Of a stretch of DNA of 64,000 nucleotides, positions 32,177 to 42,818 are shown piece after piece. The position numbers and the translations under genes are program-made. The notes under the pieces were generated by a model. The model was not told the DNA's origin. It was given only the letters and a program-made list of their open reading frames with translations, and did no database searches. The stretch is from assembly GCF_034669625.1 (NCBI RefSeq), contig NZ_JAXMOY010000016.1, positions 1,589 to 65,588 on the forward strand, read 5' to 3'. Position 1 is the stretch's first letter; every line of letters begins with the position of its first letter. Source of the stretch: Marinobacter sp. GTDB taxonomy: Bacteria; Pseudomonadota; Gammaproteobacteria; Pseudomonadales; Oleiphilaceae.

Positions 32177-32203
32177 AAAAGGGCCGGTGTGGGGTGGCCC
32201 TTT
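32177..32203 (-). terminator. Intrinsic terminator after the PilZ gene
   Basis: AAAAGGGCC-N10-GGCCCTTT. Confidence 0.7.
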
Positions 32204-32218
32204 GAGGCGGCTATTGAG

Positions 32219-32689
32219 TCAGGGGTGTCTGGGTTCTGCGAGAAGCTTGCCGATGTATTGATCGATGAAGTCGAATCCATTGCCTTCGATGCTGTTGAAC
32301 TGTAAGCCGATATGAAATTCATTCCGAGCCACTCGACGTATATGCACCACCTTGCTTTCCGCCACAATGATGACCGACTGTGTCGGGAGGACCGGAACCG
32401 GAAAGCGAGTCGTGAGGATAACGGGGTTTTTAGGGGCAGGCGGTTGCATGCCAGGAATCAGGGACTTCGCCGTTAGCTCGTCGCATTGGACCATGACGCC
32501 GGTCCGGGAAATGTTAGCGACCTTGCACTGAAGCTGGTGGCCATCCACTTTCTCGATGGTGATTTCGGTTGATACGTCTGCCCGCTGCTGGTTTCTTAAG
32601 TTAGGTTTTGCATCGAGAGGCTTCATAGTGACTCGTCTTGCATTTGACGTATCGAAAGAGGTTGCTTGTCCCATTATGTCTTGCGCCAA
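32219..32689 (-). CDS. PilZ-domain (c-di-GMP-binding) protein
   Basis: RNQQR (RxxxR) and NISRTG (D/NxSxxG) motifs, C-terminal IGLQF. Confidence 0.82.
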   Translation of the reverse strand: MAQDIMGQATSFDTSNARRVTMKPLDAKPNLRNQQRADVSTEITIEKVDGHQLQCKVANISRTGVMVQCDELTAKSLIPGMQPPAPKNPVILTTRFPVPVLPTQSVIIVAESKVVHIRRVARNEFHIGLQFNSIEGNGFDFIDQYIGKLLAEPRHP

Positions 32690-32927
32690 GGTTTGGTGTA
32701 TTCTTATTTGTTTGAAAAGTGATCAGCTCTGATTCTGCAGCAAATTGTGACAGGTTCGCAACAGAAATTGTAAACAAGGTGTCACAAACTAGAGCAACTT
32801 TTAAGTTGTTCGTGCGAGTTATCCTTATCTAGTGCGAGCGGTAAGGCTGCAGTTGGCAAGCCGCTGATGTAAAATCGCGCCCCTACATTCATCAGGAGCA
32901 TTGCTCCGGGATTCCCGAAGAACCGTT

Positions 32928-34268
32928 ATGACCGAGAAGACAGAAAATGCCGCCCAGGGCGGAAAAGTTGGTTTTATCAGCCTTGGCTGCCCGAAGGCTC
33001 TGGTTGATTCCGAGCGCATCCTGACCCAGCTTCGTCTGGATGGCTACGATGTGGTACCAACCTATAACGACGCTGACGTCGTAGTTGTGAATACTTGCGG
33101 GTTTATTGATGCTGCCAAGCAGGAATCCCTGGATGCGATTGGTGAGGCGCTTAATGAAAATGGCAAGGTGATCGTAACCGGTTGCATGGGTGCTGAGGCT
33201 GATACGATTCGTGAAGCCCATCCCGGCGTTCTGGCGGTGTCTGGCCCTCATGCCTACGAGGAAGTGGTTGGAGCCGTGCACCAGTACGTGCCTCCGAAAA
33301 AGGACCACGACCCTTTTATCGATCTGGTCCCGCCGCAAGGCGTCAAGCTCACGCCTCGGCACTATGCTTATCTGAAAATTTCCGAAGGCTGCAACCATCG
33401 ATGCACCTTCTGCATCATTCCATCGATGCGCGGCGATCTCGTCAGCCGTCCTATTGGTGATGTCATGGATGAGGCACAGCGGCTGGTCGATGCTGGTGTC
33501 AAAGAACTGCTGGTGATTTCCCAAGATACTTCCGCCTACGGCGTAGATACCAAATACCGCACCGGTTTTTGGCAGGGGCGTCCTCTGAAAACCAAAATGC
33601 AGGCGTTGTGTGAAGCGTTGGGTGAACTGGGTGTTTGGGTGCGTTTGCACTACGTCTACCCGTACCCTCATGTAGACGACATCATTCCGTTGATGGCCGA
33701 AGGGAAAATTCTGCCGTACTTGGACATTCCGTTTCAGCACGCCAGCCCGAAAGTGCTCAAGGCCATGAAGCGACCGGCTCATGATAGCAAAACGCTGGAT
33801 CGCATTCGCAAATGGCGCGACATTTGTCCGGAGTTGACCATTCGCTCGACCTTCATCGTTGGCTTCCCGGGTGAAACTGAAGAAGATTTCCAGTACCTGC
33901 TGGATTGGTTGGATGAAGCTCAGCTGGATCGTGTTGGCGCGTTCACCTATAGCGCGGTTGAGGGCGCACCGGCCAACGAGCTGGAAGGCGCCGTTCCGGA
34001 AGAAGTGAAAGAAGAGCGTCTTGCACGCTTCATGCAGAAGCAGGCCGAAATCTCAGCGGCTAGGCTACAGGCCAAGATCGGCAAGACCATCGAGGTGCTG
34101 ATTGACGAGGTGGACGAAGAAGGTGCTATTGGTCGATCCAAGGCCGACGCTCCGGAAATCGACGGTATGGTATATCTAAATGACGTTTCTGATGTGGAGC
34201 CGGGTCAGATTGTGAAAGCGGTGGTTGAGCACGCCGACGAACACGATTTGTGGGCGTCTCTGGTGTAA
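32928..34268 (+). CDS. rimO: Ribosomal protein S12 methylthiotransferase
   Basis: [38 protein letters not shown] and DAPEIDG; start at MTEK. Confidence 0.97.
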   Translation: MTEKTENAAQGGKVGFISLGCPKALVDSERILTQLRLDGYDVVPTYNDADVVVVNTCGFIDAAKQESLDAIGEALNENGKVIVTGCMGAEADTIREAHPGVLAVSGPHAYEEVVGAVHQYVPPKKDHDPFIDLVPPQGVKLTPRHYAYLKISEGCNHRCTFCIIPSMRGDLVSRPIGDVMDEAQRLVDAGVKELLVISQDTSAYGVDTKYRTGFWQGRPLKTKMQALCEALGELGVWVRLHYVYPYPHVDDIIPLMAEGKILPYLDIPFQHASPKVLKAMKRPAHDSKTLDRIRKWRDICPELTIRSTFIVGFPGETEEDFQYLLDWLDEAQLDRVGAFTYSAVEGAPANELEGAVPEEVKEERLARFMQKQAEISAARLQAKIGKTIEVLIDEVDEEGAIGRSKADAPEIDGMVYLNDVSDVEPGQIVKAVVEHADEHDLWASLV

Positions 34269-34281
34269 GTTGAACGAAATC

Positions 34282-34309
34282 AAAAGGCCCCGACACGTCG
34301 GGGCCTTTT
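34282..34309. terminator. Bidirectional terminator between rimO and can
   Basis: AAAAGGCCCCGAC-AC-GTCGGGGCCTTTT. Confidence 0.9.
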
Positions 34310-34324
34310 TGGTGGTGCTGGCGA

Positions 34325-34987
34325 TTATTCGCTGATGTTAGCGATGTAATCCGAGTAATACTGGTCAAAGTCCTTGAATTCCATGCTGTCGCGACCGCAG
34401 CAGCGAATGTTCCCGGATTTGATGTCATACACCCAGCCGTGGATTTGGATCTTCCCGGTGGCCAGTTTGGCCGCCACCACAGGATGTGTGCGCAGGTGTT
34501 GTACCTGTTGCAGCACGTTTTCCTCGATAGCTTCATTCAGATACTTGCTGTCCAGACACGCATCGCTTGCAATGCTGTGTCGTTCACGCACGATCTCCAT
34601 GGCTGACCGACAATGCCCCAGCCATTCTTTCACGTGTGGCAGCCCCTTCAGCGCTGGAATATCCAGCGCTCCTTTGATGGCCCCGCAATCCGTGTGGCCA
34701 CAAACGATGATATGGCGGACACCCAAAACCGCAACGGCGTATTCGATGGACGCGGTCATGCCTCCGGTTTCATTACTGTGCGGAGGAATGACGTTACCAG
34801 CATTTCGACAGATGAACAGGTCTCCGGGGTGTGAGCCAGTGACCATGTTCGGGTCGATACGCGAATCCGAGCAGGTAAAGAACAGCACGTCTGGGTTTTG
34901 GCTATCAGCCAAAGCGCCAAACAGATCTTTGTGCTCTGGGTAGACGTTCTTGCGGAAGTTCAGTACGCCGCGAACAATGTGATCCAT
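34325..34987 (-). CDS. Beta-class carbonic anhydrase
   Basis: CSDSR, RNAGN, HTDCG zinc ligands and HGWVYDI. Confidence 0.95.
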   Translation of the reverse strand: MDHIVRGVLNFRKNVYPEHKDLFGALADSQNPDVLFFTCSDSRIDPNMVTGSHPGDLFICRNAGNVIPPHSNETGGMTASIEYAVAVLGVRHIIVCGHTDCGAIKGALDIPALKGLPHVKEWLGHCRSAMEIVRERHSIASDACLDSKYLNEAIEENVLQQVQHLRTHPVVAAKLATGKIQIHGWVYDIKSGNIRCCGRDSMEFKDFDQYYSDYIANISE

Positions 34988-35005
34988 AATGTCTCCTTCT
35001 GCCGG

Positions 35006-36814
35006 TCAGGCAATTTCAATCAATACTTCCCCCGGAGTGACCCGGTCGCCCTTGCTGACGTGAATCGCCTGAATGGTGCCATCAACACTGGAGTGAATTT
35101 CTGTTTCCATCTTCATGGCTTCAGTGATGAGAACGGCCTGGCCAGCAGTGACAGTATCACCTTCCTGGACCAGCACATCCACCACATTTCCGGGCATGGC
35201 TGTGCTGACGTGGCCCGGATCGGTGGCTCGCTTGCGGCCTTTTCCGCCGGTTTCGGCCACGTATTCGTTCAAGGATTCAAACACCACTTCCTCAGGCATA
35301 CCGTCCAGCGAGAGATACAATTTACGCTTGCCGGGCTCGGTGCTGCCAACGCCGGTGACCGCTACTTCGTAGGTTTCACCATGCACATCAATGCGGAATT
35401 CGGTTGCCATTGCTGATCCCAATCGGCCTTGCCCCGATTGCTCGGCGGGTAAGAGCTCTTCCGGTTTGAGTGTGCCATCCTTGCGCTGTTGCAGGAATTC
35501 GCGGCCCAGATCCGGGAACATGGCGTATGTGAGCACATCTTCCTCGGAGTTGGCCAGACTACCAATGTCTTCTCGCAATTTGTTCAGCTCAGGGGCAAGC
35601 AGGTCGGCTGGACGGCCATCGTTGACCGCCTCGTTGCCAATGGCCTTTTTGCGGATGTCGGCATTCACCTCGGCGGGCGGGTGACCGTAGCCGCCTTGCA
35701 GGTAGCGCTTCACTTCATTAGTGATGGTTTTGTAGCGTTGCCCGGCCAGCACGTTATAGACTGCTTGCGTGCCAACAATCTGGGATGTAGGCGTGACCAG
35801 TGGCGGGTAGCCAAGGTCTTTCCGTACCCGTGGGATTTCGTCGAACACCTCATTGATCTTGTCGAGGGCGTTTTGCTCTTTCAGCTGGTTGGCCAGATTC
35901 GACATCATGCCGCCCGGCACTTGGTTAATCTGAACTGAGACGTCCTCTCTGGTGAACTCACTCTCAAACTGGTGATACTTCTTGCGCACTTCCCGGAAGT
36001 AAGCCGCGATCTCGCTAAGCAGTTCAAGGTCCAGTCCGGTGTCGTACTCGGTGTCTTTCAGCGCAGCGACCTGTGATTCGGTTGCCGGATGACTGGTGCC
36101 ACTGGCGAAGGCCGAAATGGCGGTGTCGATGCGGTCTGCGCCGGCTTCGATGGCCTTGAGTTGGCAAAGGGGCGCAAGGCCCGCTGTTGAGTGGCTGTGA
36201 ATCACGAGCGGCAGGTCAACGGCGGATTTGATCGCCTTCACCAGCTCGTAAGTCGCATAGGGGGTCAGCAGGCCAGCCATATCTTTGATCGCAATCGAAT
36301 CGGCACCCATGGCTTTCAGTTGCTCGGCTTGTTTCACAAACAGGGCAGGCGTGTGTACCGGGCTGGTGGTGTAACAAATGGTTCCCTGCGCGTGTTTGCC
36401 GGCTTTTTTAACGGCTTTTATGGCGGTTTCAAGGTTGCGCAGGTCGTTCAGGGCATCGAAAATTCGGAACACGTCGATGCCGTTGTCGGCTGCCTTCTGC
36501 ACGAAGGCTTCTACCACATCGTCGGCATAGTGACGGTAGCCGAGCAGATTCTGGCCCCGAAGCAACATTTGCAGGCGGGTATTGGGCAGTGCTTCGCGCA
36601 ACTGGCGCAGACGTTCCCAAGGGTCTTCTTTCAGGAACCGCACGCAGGCATCAAAGGTGGCGCCCCCCCAGACTTCCAGAGACCAATAACCGACCTGATC
36701 CAGTTTGTCGCAAATCGGCAGCATGTCTTCGGTGCGCATGCGCGTTGCAATCAGGGACTGGTGCGCATCACGCAGGATAAGGTCAGTGATTTCGATTTTT
36801 TTCGCGTTACTCAT
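35006..36814 (-). CDS. pycB: Pyruvate carboxylase subunit B (carboxyltransferase plus biotin carrier; OadA-like)
   Basis: RDAHQSL, WGGATFD, MLLRGQNL, IKDMAG, VTPTSQIVG and EAMKM biotinylation site; follows a biotin carboxylase gene. Confidence 0.9.
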   Translation of the reverse strand: MSNAKKIEITDLILRDAHQSLIATRMRTEDMLPICDKLDQVGYWSLEVWGGATFDACVRFLKEDPWERLRQLREALPNTRLQMLLRGQNLLGYRHYADDVVEAFVQKAADNGIDVFRIFDALNDLRNLETAIKAVKKAGKHAQGTICYTTSPVHTPALFVKQAEQLKAMGADSIAIKDMAGLLTPYATYELVKAIKSAVDLPLVIHSHSTAGLAPLCQLKAIEAGADRIDTAISAFASGTSHPATESQVAALKDTEYDTGLDLELLSEIAAYFREVRKKYHQFESEFTREDVSVQINQVPGGMMSNLANQLKEQNALDKINEVFDEIPRVRKDLGYPPLVTPTSQIVGTQAVYNVLAGQRYKTITNEVKRYLQGGYGHPPAEVNADIRKKAIGNEAVNDGRPADLLAPELNKLREDIGSLANSEEDVLTYAMFPDLGREFLQQRKDGTLKPEELLPAEQSGQGRLGSAMATEFRIDVHGETYEVAVTGVGSTEPGKRKLYLSLDGMPEEVVFESLNEYVAETGGKGRKRATDPGHVSTAMPGNVVDVLVQEGDTVTAGQAVLITEAMKMETEIHSSVDGTIQAIHVSKGDRVTPGEVLIEIA

Positions 36815-36831
36815 GTTCGCTCTCCTATAGA

Positions 36832-38247
36832 TTACCAGCCAGCATGGGCTGCGATGGTGGCGGCAATCGCCAGTGCCACGGCACTGGGGTGACGTTTTTT
36901 CGAATAGTTCAGCAGTTCGGGGTGATCCGGCACAAAGCTGGTGTCAAACTCGCCCGCCCGGAAGTCGGGGTGGTCCAGAATCTGCTGGTAATAATTGGCG
37001 GTGGTGGTAATGCCGTGCAGGCGCATATCGTCTAGGGCACGTTTGCCGCGAGCGATCACTTCGTCCCAAGTCAGTGCCCAAACCACGAGCTTCAGACACA
37101 TGGAGTCGTAGTAGGGCGGAATCTCGTAGCCGGTGTAAATGGCGGTGTCCACCCGCACTCCGGGGCCGCCTGGCGCGTAGTAGTGAGTTACGCGACCAAA
37201 GCTGGGTAGAAAGTCGTTCTTGGGGTCTTCCGCGTTGATCCGGAATTGAAGGGCGTAGCCGCGATAGGAGATGTCTTCCTGGCGATAGCTCAAGGGTAGG
37301 CCCGAGGCAATCCTCAATTGCTCCCGAACGATGTCCACTCCGGTAATAGCTTCGGTGATGGTGTGTTCCACCTGCACACGGGTATTCATCTCCATGAAGT
37401 AGACTTCATTGCCGGTCAGCAAGAACTCAACCGTACCGGCGTTCTCGTAACCCACGGCCTCGGCTGCTTTGACCGCTAGGCCGCCGATGTACTGGCGCTG
37501 CTCAGGCGTGAGTTGCGGGCTTGGTGCAATCTCGATCAGCTTTTGGTTACGACGCTGAATCGAACAATCCCGTTCGTATAGGTGTATGGCCTTCCCTTGA
37601 CTGTCTCCGAGTATCTGCACTTCAATGTGGCGAGGATTGACGATGCACTTCTCCATAAATACTTCGGCCGAGCCAAAGGCTTTGGTTGCTTCGGAAATCA
37701 CTCGCGGATACTGGGTTTTCAGTTCTTCGGCGCTGTCGCATCGGCGAATCCCGCGGCCACCCCCGCCGGATGTCGCTTTGAGCATGACTGGATAGCCAAT
37801 CTCGTCAGCCAGCTTGAGTGCTTCATCAAGATCCGCCAGATTGCCTTCCGAGCCGGGAGTAATCGGCACGCCAGCCGCGCGCATACTGTCGCGGGCTTGG
37901 GTTTTATCGCCCATTTTGTGGATGACGTCAGATTTGGGGCCGATAAAAGTCACCCCGTGCTGCTCGCAAAGCTGCGCGAATCGGGCATTTTCTGACAGAA
38001 ATCCGTAGCCGGGGTGAATGGCATCGCACCCGGTTTCCAGCGCTAAATTGACTATCCGTGCCGGGTCCAGATAGCCGGCCAATGGGTCTTCTCCCAGGGA
38101 GTAGGCTTCATCAGCCCGCTTCACGTGCAAGCCGTAACGATCCGGTTCGGTGTAGATAGCCACCGAGCGGATACCCATCTCAGCGCAGGCTCGCTCAATG
38201 CGCACCGCAATCTCGCCTCGGTTGGCGATCAGAACTTTCTTCAACAT
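36832..38247 (-). CDS. pycA: Pyruvate carboxylase subunit A (biotin carboxylase)
   Basis: ANRGEIA, HPGYGFLSE, GGGGRG, ERDCSIQRRNQK, EMNTRVQVEH and RINAED. Confidence 0.92.
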   Translation of the reverse strand: MLKKVLIANRGEIAVRIERACAEMGIRSVAIYTEPDRYGLHVKRADEAYSLGEDPLAGYLDPARIVNLALETGCDAIHPGYGFLSENARFAQLCEQHGVTFIGPKSDVIHKMGDKTQARDSMRAAGVPITPGSEGNLADLDEALKLADEIGYPVMLKATSGGGGRGIRRCDSAEELKTQYPRVISEATKAFGSAEVFMEKCIVNPRHIEVQILGDSQGKAIHLYERDCSIQRRNQKLIEIAPSPQLTPEQRQYIGGLAVKAAEAVGYENAGTVEFLLTGNEVYFMEMNTRVQVEHTITEAITGVDIVREQLRIASGLPLSYRQEDISYRGYALQFRINAEDPKNDFLPSFGRVTHYYAPGGPGVRVDTAIYTGYEIPPYYDSMCLKLVVWALTWDEVIARGKRALDDMRLHGITTTANYYQQILDHPDFRAGEFDTSFVPDHPELLNYSKKRHPSAVALAIAATIAAHAGW

Positions 38248-38379
38248 GGGAGATTCCTCGTTTCGTCGTCCCGAATGAAGGTTTTAAAAGAGTAGCGAGA
38301 ATGAGTGATCAGTAAAAATTGATATTATTTCGTTTGTGTATAATGAATCACTTATAGGTGGTCTGGTGAAGGAGAATTT

Positions 38380-39327
38380 ATGCCGCTGAGTATCCAAAAA
38401 CTGGCTAGCCGGCTGACGTTTCGCCAGCTTCAAGTTTTCAAGGCAGTTTATGATTTGCGGAGCTACAGCAAAGCAGGCGAGCTGTTGGGATTAACCCAGC
38501 CCGCCGTCAGCAGTCAGGTTCGGCATCTCGAGCAGGCGTTGGAGATGCCAATGTTCGAGTATGTGGGGCGTAAGCTGTATTGCACGGCGGCCGGAGAGGA
38601 AATGGCAGCGTGCGTGCGCACGGTGTTTAACGAGCTCGGGGATATGCAAAATCGCTTGGCAGCACTCGAGGGAAGGGTGGCTGGGGATCTGCGATTGGTG
38701 GCGGTAAGCACAGCTCAGTATGTGGTGCCTTACCTGCTGCGTTCGTTTCTCGAACAGAATCCGCAGGTCAATGTATCGGTGGCGGTGGTTAACCGCGCAA
38801 CTGCGTTGGAGCGATTGAACGAGAACAGCGATGACTTGGTAATCATGGGGATGGTCCCGCAAGGTAAGCCGTTAACCTCATTGCCTTTTCTGGACAATGA
38901 GTTGGTGCCGGTTGTTCCCGCTGGGCATCCGTTGCTTGCGCAAAGTGCGGTTAGCCCCGAAGATTTTCTGAGCAGTCAGCTACTGATCCGGGAATCCGGT
39001 TCCGGCAGTCGGTTGGCGTTAGAGGTTTATTGCCAAAAACACCGTCTGAAAATGGAGCCGGTGATGGAGCTGGGGTCGAATGATGCAGTTAAGCACGCGG
39101 TTCTGGCGGGCTTGGGGGTGGCGGTTATACCCAAACTGAGTATTCTGTCGGAGTTGGCTTTAGGCTCTCTTATGGCCCTTGATATCAACGATTTCCCGCT
39201 ACGGCGCAGTTGGTGTGTGGTGCATCCGCAAGGTCGGCACCCGACTCCGGCTATGAAGGCGTTTATTGATTACATTCAGCGGAATATTGCAGAGTTCGAT
39301 AACCTGTTTCGGCGTATGGGTTCCTGA
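38380..39327 (+). CDS. LysR-family regulator (CbbR-like; probable PycR)
   Basis: HTH LTFRQLQVF...SYSKAGELLGLTQPAVS, RESGSGSR; divergent from pycA. Confidence 0.88.
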   Translation: MPLSIQKLASRLTFRQLQVFKAVYDLRSYSKAGELLGLTQPAVSSQVRHLEQALEMPMFEYVGRKLYCTAAGEEMAACVRTVFNELGDMQNRLAALEGRVAGDLRLVAVSTAQYVVPYLLRSFLEQNPQVNVSVAVVNRATALERLNENSDDLVIMGMVPQGKPLTSLPFLDNELVPVVPAGHPLLAQSAVSPEDFLSSQLLIRESGSGSRLALEVYCQKHRLKMEPVMELGSNDAVKHAVLAGLGVAVIPKLSILSELALGSLMALDINDFPLRRSWCVVHPQGRHPTPAMKAFIDYIQRNIAEFDNLFRRMGS

Positions 39328-39340
39328 CTTTGGTGCTTTC

Positions 39341-39412
39341 GGTCCTAGCCTGCTGTTTTTTGGGGAGGGGGCTAAAAGCCGCCCCCTCCCCATAATCTCT
39401 CAGGCTGGGGCC
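39341..39412. repeat. Nested 72-nt hairpin (REP-like) between the convergent LysR gene and gatB
   Basis: Inner TGGGGAGGGGGC/GCCCCCTCCCCA perfect 12 bp; outer GGTCCTAGCCTG/CAGGCTGGGGCC 12 bp with G-U pairs. Confidence 0.7.
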
Positions 39413-39442
39413 TAAGTTAAAGACCCCTGCCAAAGCTAGCCG

Positions 39443-40894
39443 TTAACCACCAAGCTTGCGAAGAAGAATTTCGTTGAACAACTTAGGGTTGCCCTGACCT
39501 TTGGATGCCTTCATCAAAGGTCCCATAAAGCCGCCGAGCATCTTCTTGCGTTTCTTCGGGTCTTCCTCACCTTGGAACTGGGCAACCTGATCCGGCATGC
39601 CGGCCAGGACCTCGTCTACCATAGTTTCCAGAGCGCCGGTGTCTGATACCTGCTTCAGTCCCTTGGCTTCGATAATCGCATCCACGTTATCGTTCTCGCC
39701 GGTCCAAATAGCTTCAAACACCTTCTTCGCGCCAGAAGAGGATACCGTGTTGTCTGCAATGCGGATCACCAGAGCTCCCAGCTGAGCACCAGTGATCGGC
39801 GCGTCTGCTACCGACTTTTCTTCTGCATTCAAGCGTGCTGAAAACTCGCCCTGAATCCAGTTGGAAGCCAGTTTAGCATCCTTGCCGTGCTCCACAGTCT
39901 CCTCGAAGAAGCCGGCCAGTTTAGCGTCGGCAGAGAGGATGCCGGCATCGTAATCGTTCAGACCATACTGTTCCTTGAAACGGGCGCGACGGGCATCCGG
40001 CAGCTCCGGCAGGCGCGAGCGGGCGTCTTCGATGAAGGTGTCGTCGATTTCTACCGGCAGCAGATCCGGGCAGGGGAAGTAGCGGTAGTCGTTGGCTTCT
40101 TCTTTGCTCCGCATGGAGCGAGACTCATCCCGGTCACCGTTGTACAGGCGGGTTTCCTGAGTGATCTCACCGCCGTCTTCCAGGATGTCCATCTGGCGTT
40201 CTACTTCGTGCGCGATGGCCTGCTCCATGAAGCGGAAGGAGTTCAGGTTCTTTGTTTCAGTCCGTGTGCCTAGGGTGTCTGAGCCCTTGGGCTTGAGCGA
40301 AATGTTTACGTCAAAACGCATAGAGCCTTGAGACATGTCACCGTCGCAGATGCCGAGCGATGTCACTAAGCTGTGCAGTTTCTTGGCGAAGGCCACCGCT
40401 TCTTCGGAGCTGTTCATGTCTGGCTCGGTGACCACCTCGATCAGCGGCGTGCCGGCACGGTTCAGGTCGATACCGGACATGCCGTGATAATCCTCATGCA
40501 AGGACTTACCGGCGTCTTCTTCCAAATGTGCATGGTGAATGCGTACCCGCTTGGTGCTGCCGTCAGACAAGTCGATGTCGACATGGCCAGGCCCCACAAT
40601 CGGCTGGGCCAATTGTGTGGTCTGGTAGCCCTTGGGCAGGTCCGGGTAGAAGTAGTTTTTGCGCTCAAATACCGAACGACGGCCGATTTCGGAATTAGTG
40701 GCTAAGCCAAACATCACCGCATAGCGGAATGCTTGCTCGTTAGGAACCGGCAGCGTGCCTGGCATGGCCAGATCAACGGCGTTGGCCTGGGTGTTGGGCT
40801 CGGCGCCGAAGGCGGTGCTGGAGCCAGAGAAAATCTTGGTTTTGGTGGCAAGCTGAACGTGAATTTCCAGCCCGATCACGATATCCCACTGCAT
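39443..40894 (-). CDS. gatB: Asp/Glu-tRNA amidotransferase subunit B
   Basis: [41 protein letters not shown] and DYRYFP. Confidence 0.98.
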   Translation of the reverse strand: MQWDIVIGLEIHVQLATKTKIFSGSSTAFGAEPNTQANAVDLAMPGTLPVPNEQAFRYAVMFGLATNSEIGRRSVFERKNYFYPDLPKGYQTTQLAQPIVGPGHVDIDLSDGSTKRVRIHHAHLEEDAGKSLHEDYHGMSGIDLNRAGTPLIEVVTEPDMNSSEEAVAFAKKLHSLVTSLGICDGDMSQGSMRFDVNISLKPKGSDTLGTRTETKNLNSFRFMEQAIAHEVERQMDILEDGGEITQETRLYNGDRDESRSMRSKEEANDYRYFPCPDLLPVEIDDTFIEDARSRLPELPDARRARFKEQYGLNDYDAGILSADAKLAGFFEETVEHGKDAKLASNWIQGEFSARLNAEEKSVADAPITGAQLGALVIRIADNTVSSSGAKKVFEAIWTGENDNVDAIIEAKGLKQVSDTGALETMVDEVLAGMPDQVAQFQGEEDPKKRKKMLGGFMGPLMKASKGQGNPKLFNEILLRKLGG

Positions 40895-40916
40895 GTGTTC
40901 GTCTCCTTATCCGGGC

Positions 40917-42368
40917 TTATTGAGGTTCACGCTGGTGCCAATCGGTCACCTGCTGGAACTGATGGGCGGCGTTTAGCAAACGGGCTTCGGAGAAATAATC
41001 CCCGATAATCTGCAAGCCAACCGGCAAGCCGTCGACAAAACCTGCGGGCACCGACATCGCCGGAATGCCTGCCAGGTTGATGGCGATAGTGAACACGTCT
41101 TCCAGGTACATGGTGACCGGGTCGGTGGTCTTCTCGCCCTGAACGAAAGCGGGGGAAGGCGACACCGGACTCATCATCACGTCCACCTCTTTGAACGCGT
41201 TGATGAAGTCTTGCTGGATCAGGCGGCGAACTTTCTGAGCCTTCAGATAATAGGCGTCGAAATAGCCTGCCGATAGGGCATAGCTGCCCACCAGAATCCG
41301 GCGCTTCACTTCGTTACCGAAACCTTCCGCTCGGGTGCGGGTGTACATGTCCATCAGGTCTTTCGGGTTTTCGCAGCGGTAGCCATAGCGTGCGCCGTCG
41401 AAACGGGACAAGTTGGCGGAGGCTTCTGCTGGAGCAATTACATAGTACGCAGCGATGGCCAGTTTGGCATTCGGCAGTGAAACTTCCTTCACCGTCGCGC
41501 CCAGCTTCTCGTACTCGCGCACCGCATTGCGGACCTGTTCTTCCATCGCTGGCGACAACTGCTCGCTGAAGTATTCCTTCGGCAAACCGATCTTCAGACC
41601 TTTCAATGGCTCGTTCAAAGTGGCGGTGTAATCCGGCACTTCGCGGTCGATGCAGGTCGAGTCCTTTGGATCGAACCCGGCCATCACATTCATCATCAGC
41701 GCCGCGTCTTCCGCTGTGCGCGCCATAGGGCCGCCCTGATCCAGGGACGAAGCGAAAGCAATCATGCCGTAACGGGAAACCCGACCATACGTCGGTTTCA
41801 GGCCGGTAATGCCGCACAGTGCCGCAGGCTGGCGGATAGAGCCGCCAGTGTCGGTGCCGGTTGCTGCTGGCACCAAGCGCGCGGCGACAGCTGCTGCCGA
41901 ACCACCTGAAGAGCCGCCAGGCACCCGCTTGTCGCCCCAGGGGTTGGTCACAGCGCCAAAGAAACTGGACTCGTTGGAAGACCCCATGGCGAACTCATCC
42001 ATGTTGGTCTTGCCCAAACACACTGCACCTGCCGCTTTGAAATTCGCTGTTACGGTTGCGTCATAGGGCGGTACAAAGTTCTCCAGCATCTTCGAACCAC
42101 ACGTCGTGCGAACGCCGTTGGTGCAGAAAATGTCTTTGTGAGCAAAGGGAACTCCGGTCCAAGCTGTCGCCTTACCGGCGGCCCGCATTTCGTCGGCGGC
42201 CTTGGCTTCGGCCAACGCCTGCTCGTCGGAGATGGTGATAAAGCTGTTGTACTTGCCGTCTTCGTTCTTCAGACGGTCGAGGAGCTGTTGCGTCAGCTCC
42301 ACACTAGAAATCTTCCCGCTCTCCAGCTCTTTGGAAAGCTCTGCTACGGACTTGTTATGCATCATCAA
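40917..42368 (-). CDS. gatA: Asp/Glu-tRNA amidotransferase subunit A
   Basis: [33 protein letters not shown] and [11 protein letters not shown] amidase signature. Confidence 0.98.
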   Translation of the reverse strand: MMMHNKSVAELSKELESGKISSVELTQQLLDRLKNEDGKYNSFITISDEQALAEAKAADEMRAAGKATAWTGVPFAHKDIFCTNGVRTTCGSKMLENFVPPYDATVTANFKAAGAVCLGKTNMDEFAMGSSNESSFFGAVTNPWGDKRVPGGSSGGSAAAVAARLVPAATGTDTGGSIRQPAALCGITGLKPTYGRVSRYGMIAFASSLDQGGPMARTAEDAALMMNVMAGFDPKDSTCIDREVPDYTATLNEPLKGLKIGLPKEYFSEQLSPAMEEQVRNAVREYEKLGATVKEVSLPNAKLAIAAYYVIAPAEASANLSRFDGARYGYRCENPKDLMDMYTRTRAEGFGNEVKRRILVGSYALSAGYFDAYYLKAQKVRRLIQQDFINAFKEVDVMMSPVSPSPAFVQGEKTTDPVTMYLEDVFTIAINLAGIPAMSVPAGFVDGLPVGLQIIGDYFSEARLLNAAHQFQQVTDWHQREPQ

Positions 42369-42435
42369 TCCTGAAATCTATGATGGTCAGAAAAATTGCC
42401 GGATGAATGGCAGCGGCTGCTTAACGTGAAACCGT

Positions 42436-42723
42436 TCACTCAATAACTTTGGGAACCAAGTACAACCCATCCTCGGTCGCCGGCGCAATCGCTTGAAACG
42501 CTTCCCGCTGATTGGTCTCAGTGACCTCGTCTGCGCGCAATCGCTGAACGGCATCCAGAGGGTGCGCCATGGGCTCCACCGCGTCGGTATCCGCCGCACT
42601 TAACTGATCTACCAGATCCAGAATGTTGCCCAGATCCTCCTCCAGAGCCGAAACCTGCTCGTCATCCACTTTGATGCGGGCGAGCACGGCAACTTTTTCA
42701 ATGTCCGCGCGGGAAATGCTCAT
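42436..42723 (-). CDS. gatC: Asp/Glu-tRNA amidotransferase subunit C
   Basis: 95 aa; VAVLARI, EPMAHP, RLRAD and YLVPKVIE. Confidence 0.96.
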   Translation of the reverse strand: MSISRADIEKVAVLARIKVDDEQVSALEEDLGNILDLVDQLSAADTDAVEPMAHPLDAVQRLRADEVTETNQREAFQAIAPATEDGLYLVPKVIE

Positions 42724-42818
42724 GTTGCCTCCAATAAAGCATGTGTGAATACAATTTAATGCAATGATGCCCGGACGCTCGGCTACGGCAGTTTAAGGGT
42801 GCTCTTGCGATGTCCGGG

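Noticed and set aside
35006-36814. Na+-pumping oxaloacetate decarboxylase
   Set aside because: No oadB/oadG membrane subunits nearby, and adjacency to a biotin carboxylase indicates two-subunit pyruvate carboxylase.
38194-38196. PycA RIERAC instead of the usual RI(V/I)RAC
   Set aside because: A single-base change (GAG versus GTG) that may be an error; not interpretable from one sequence.
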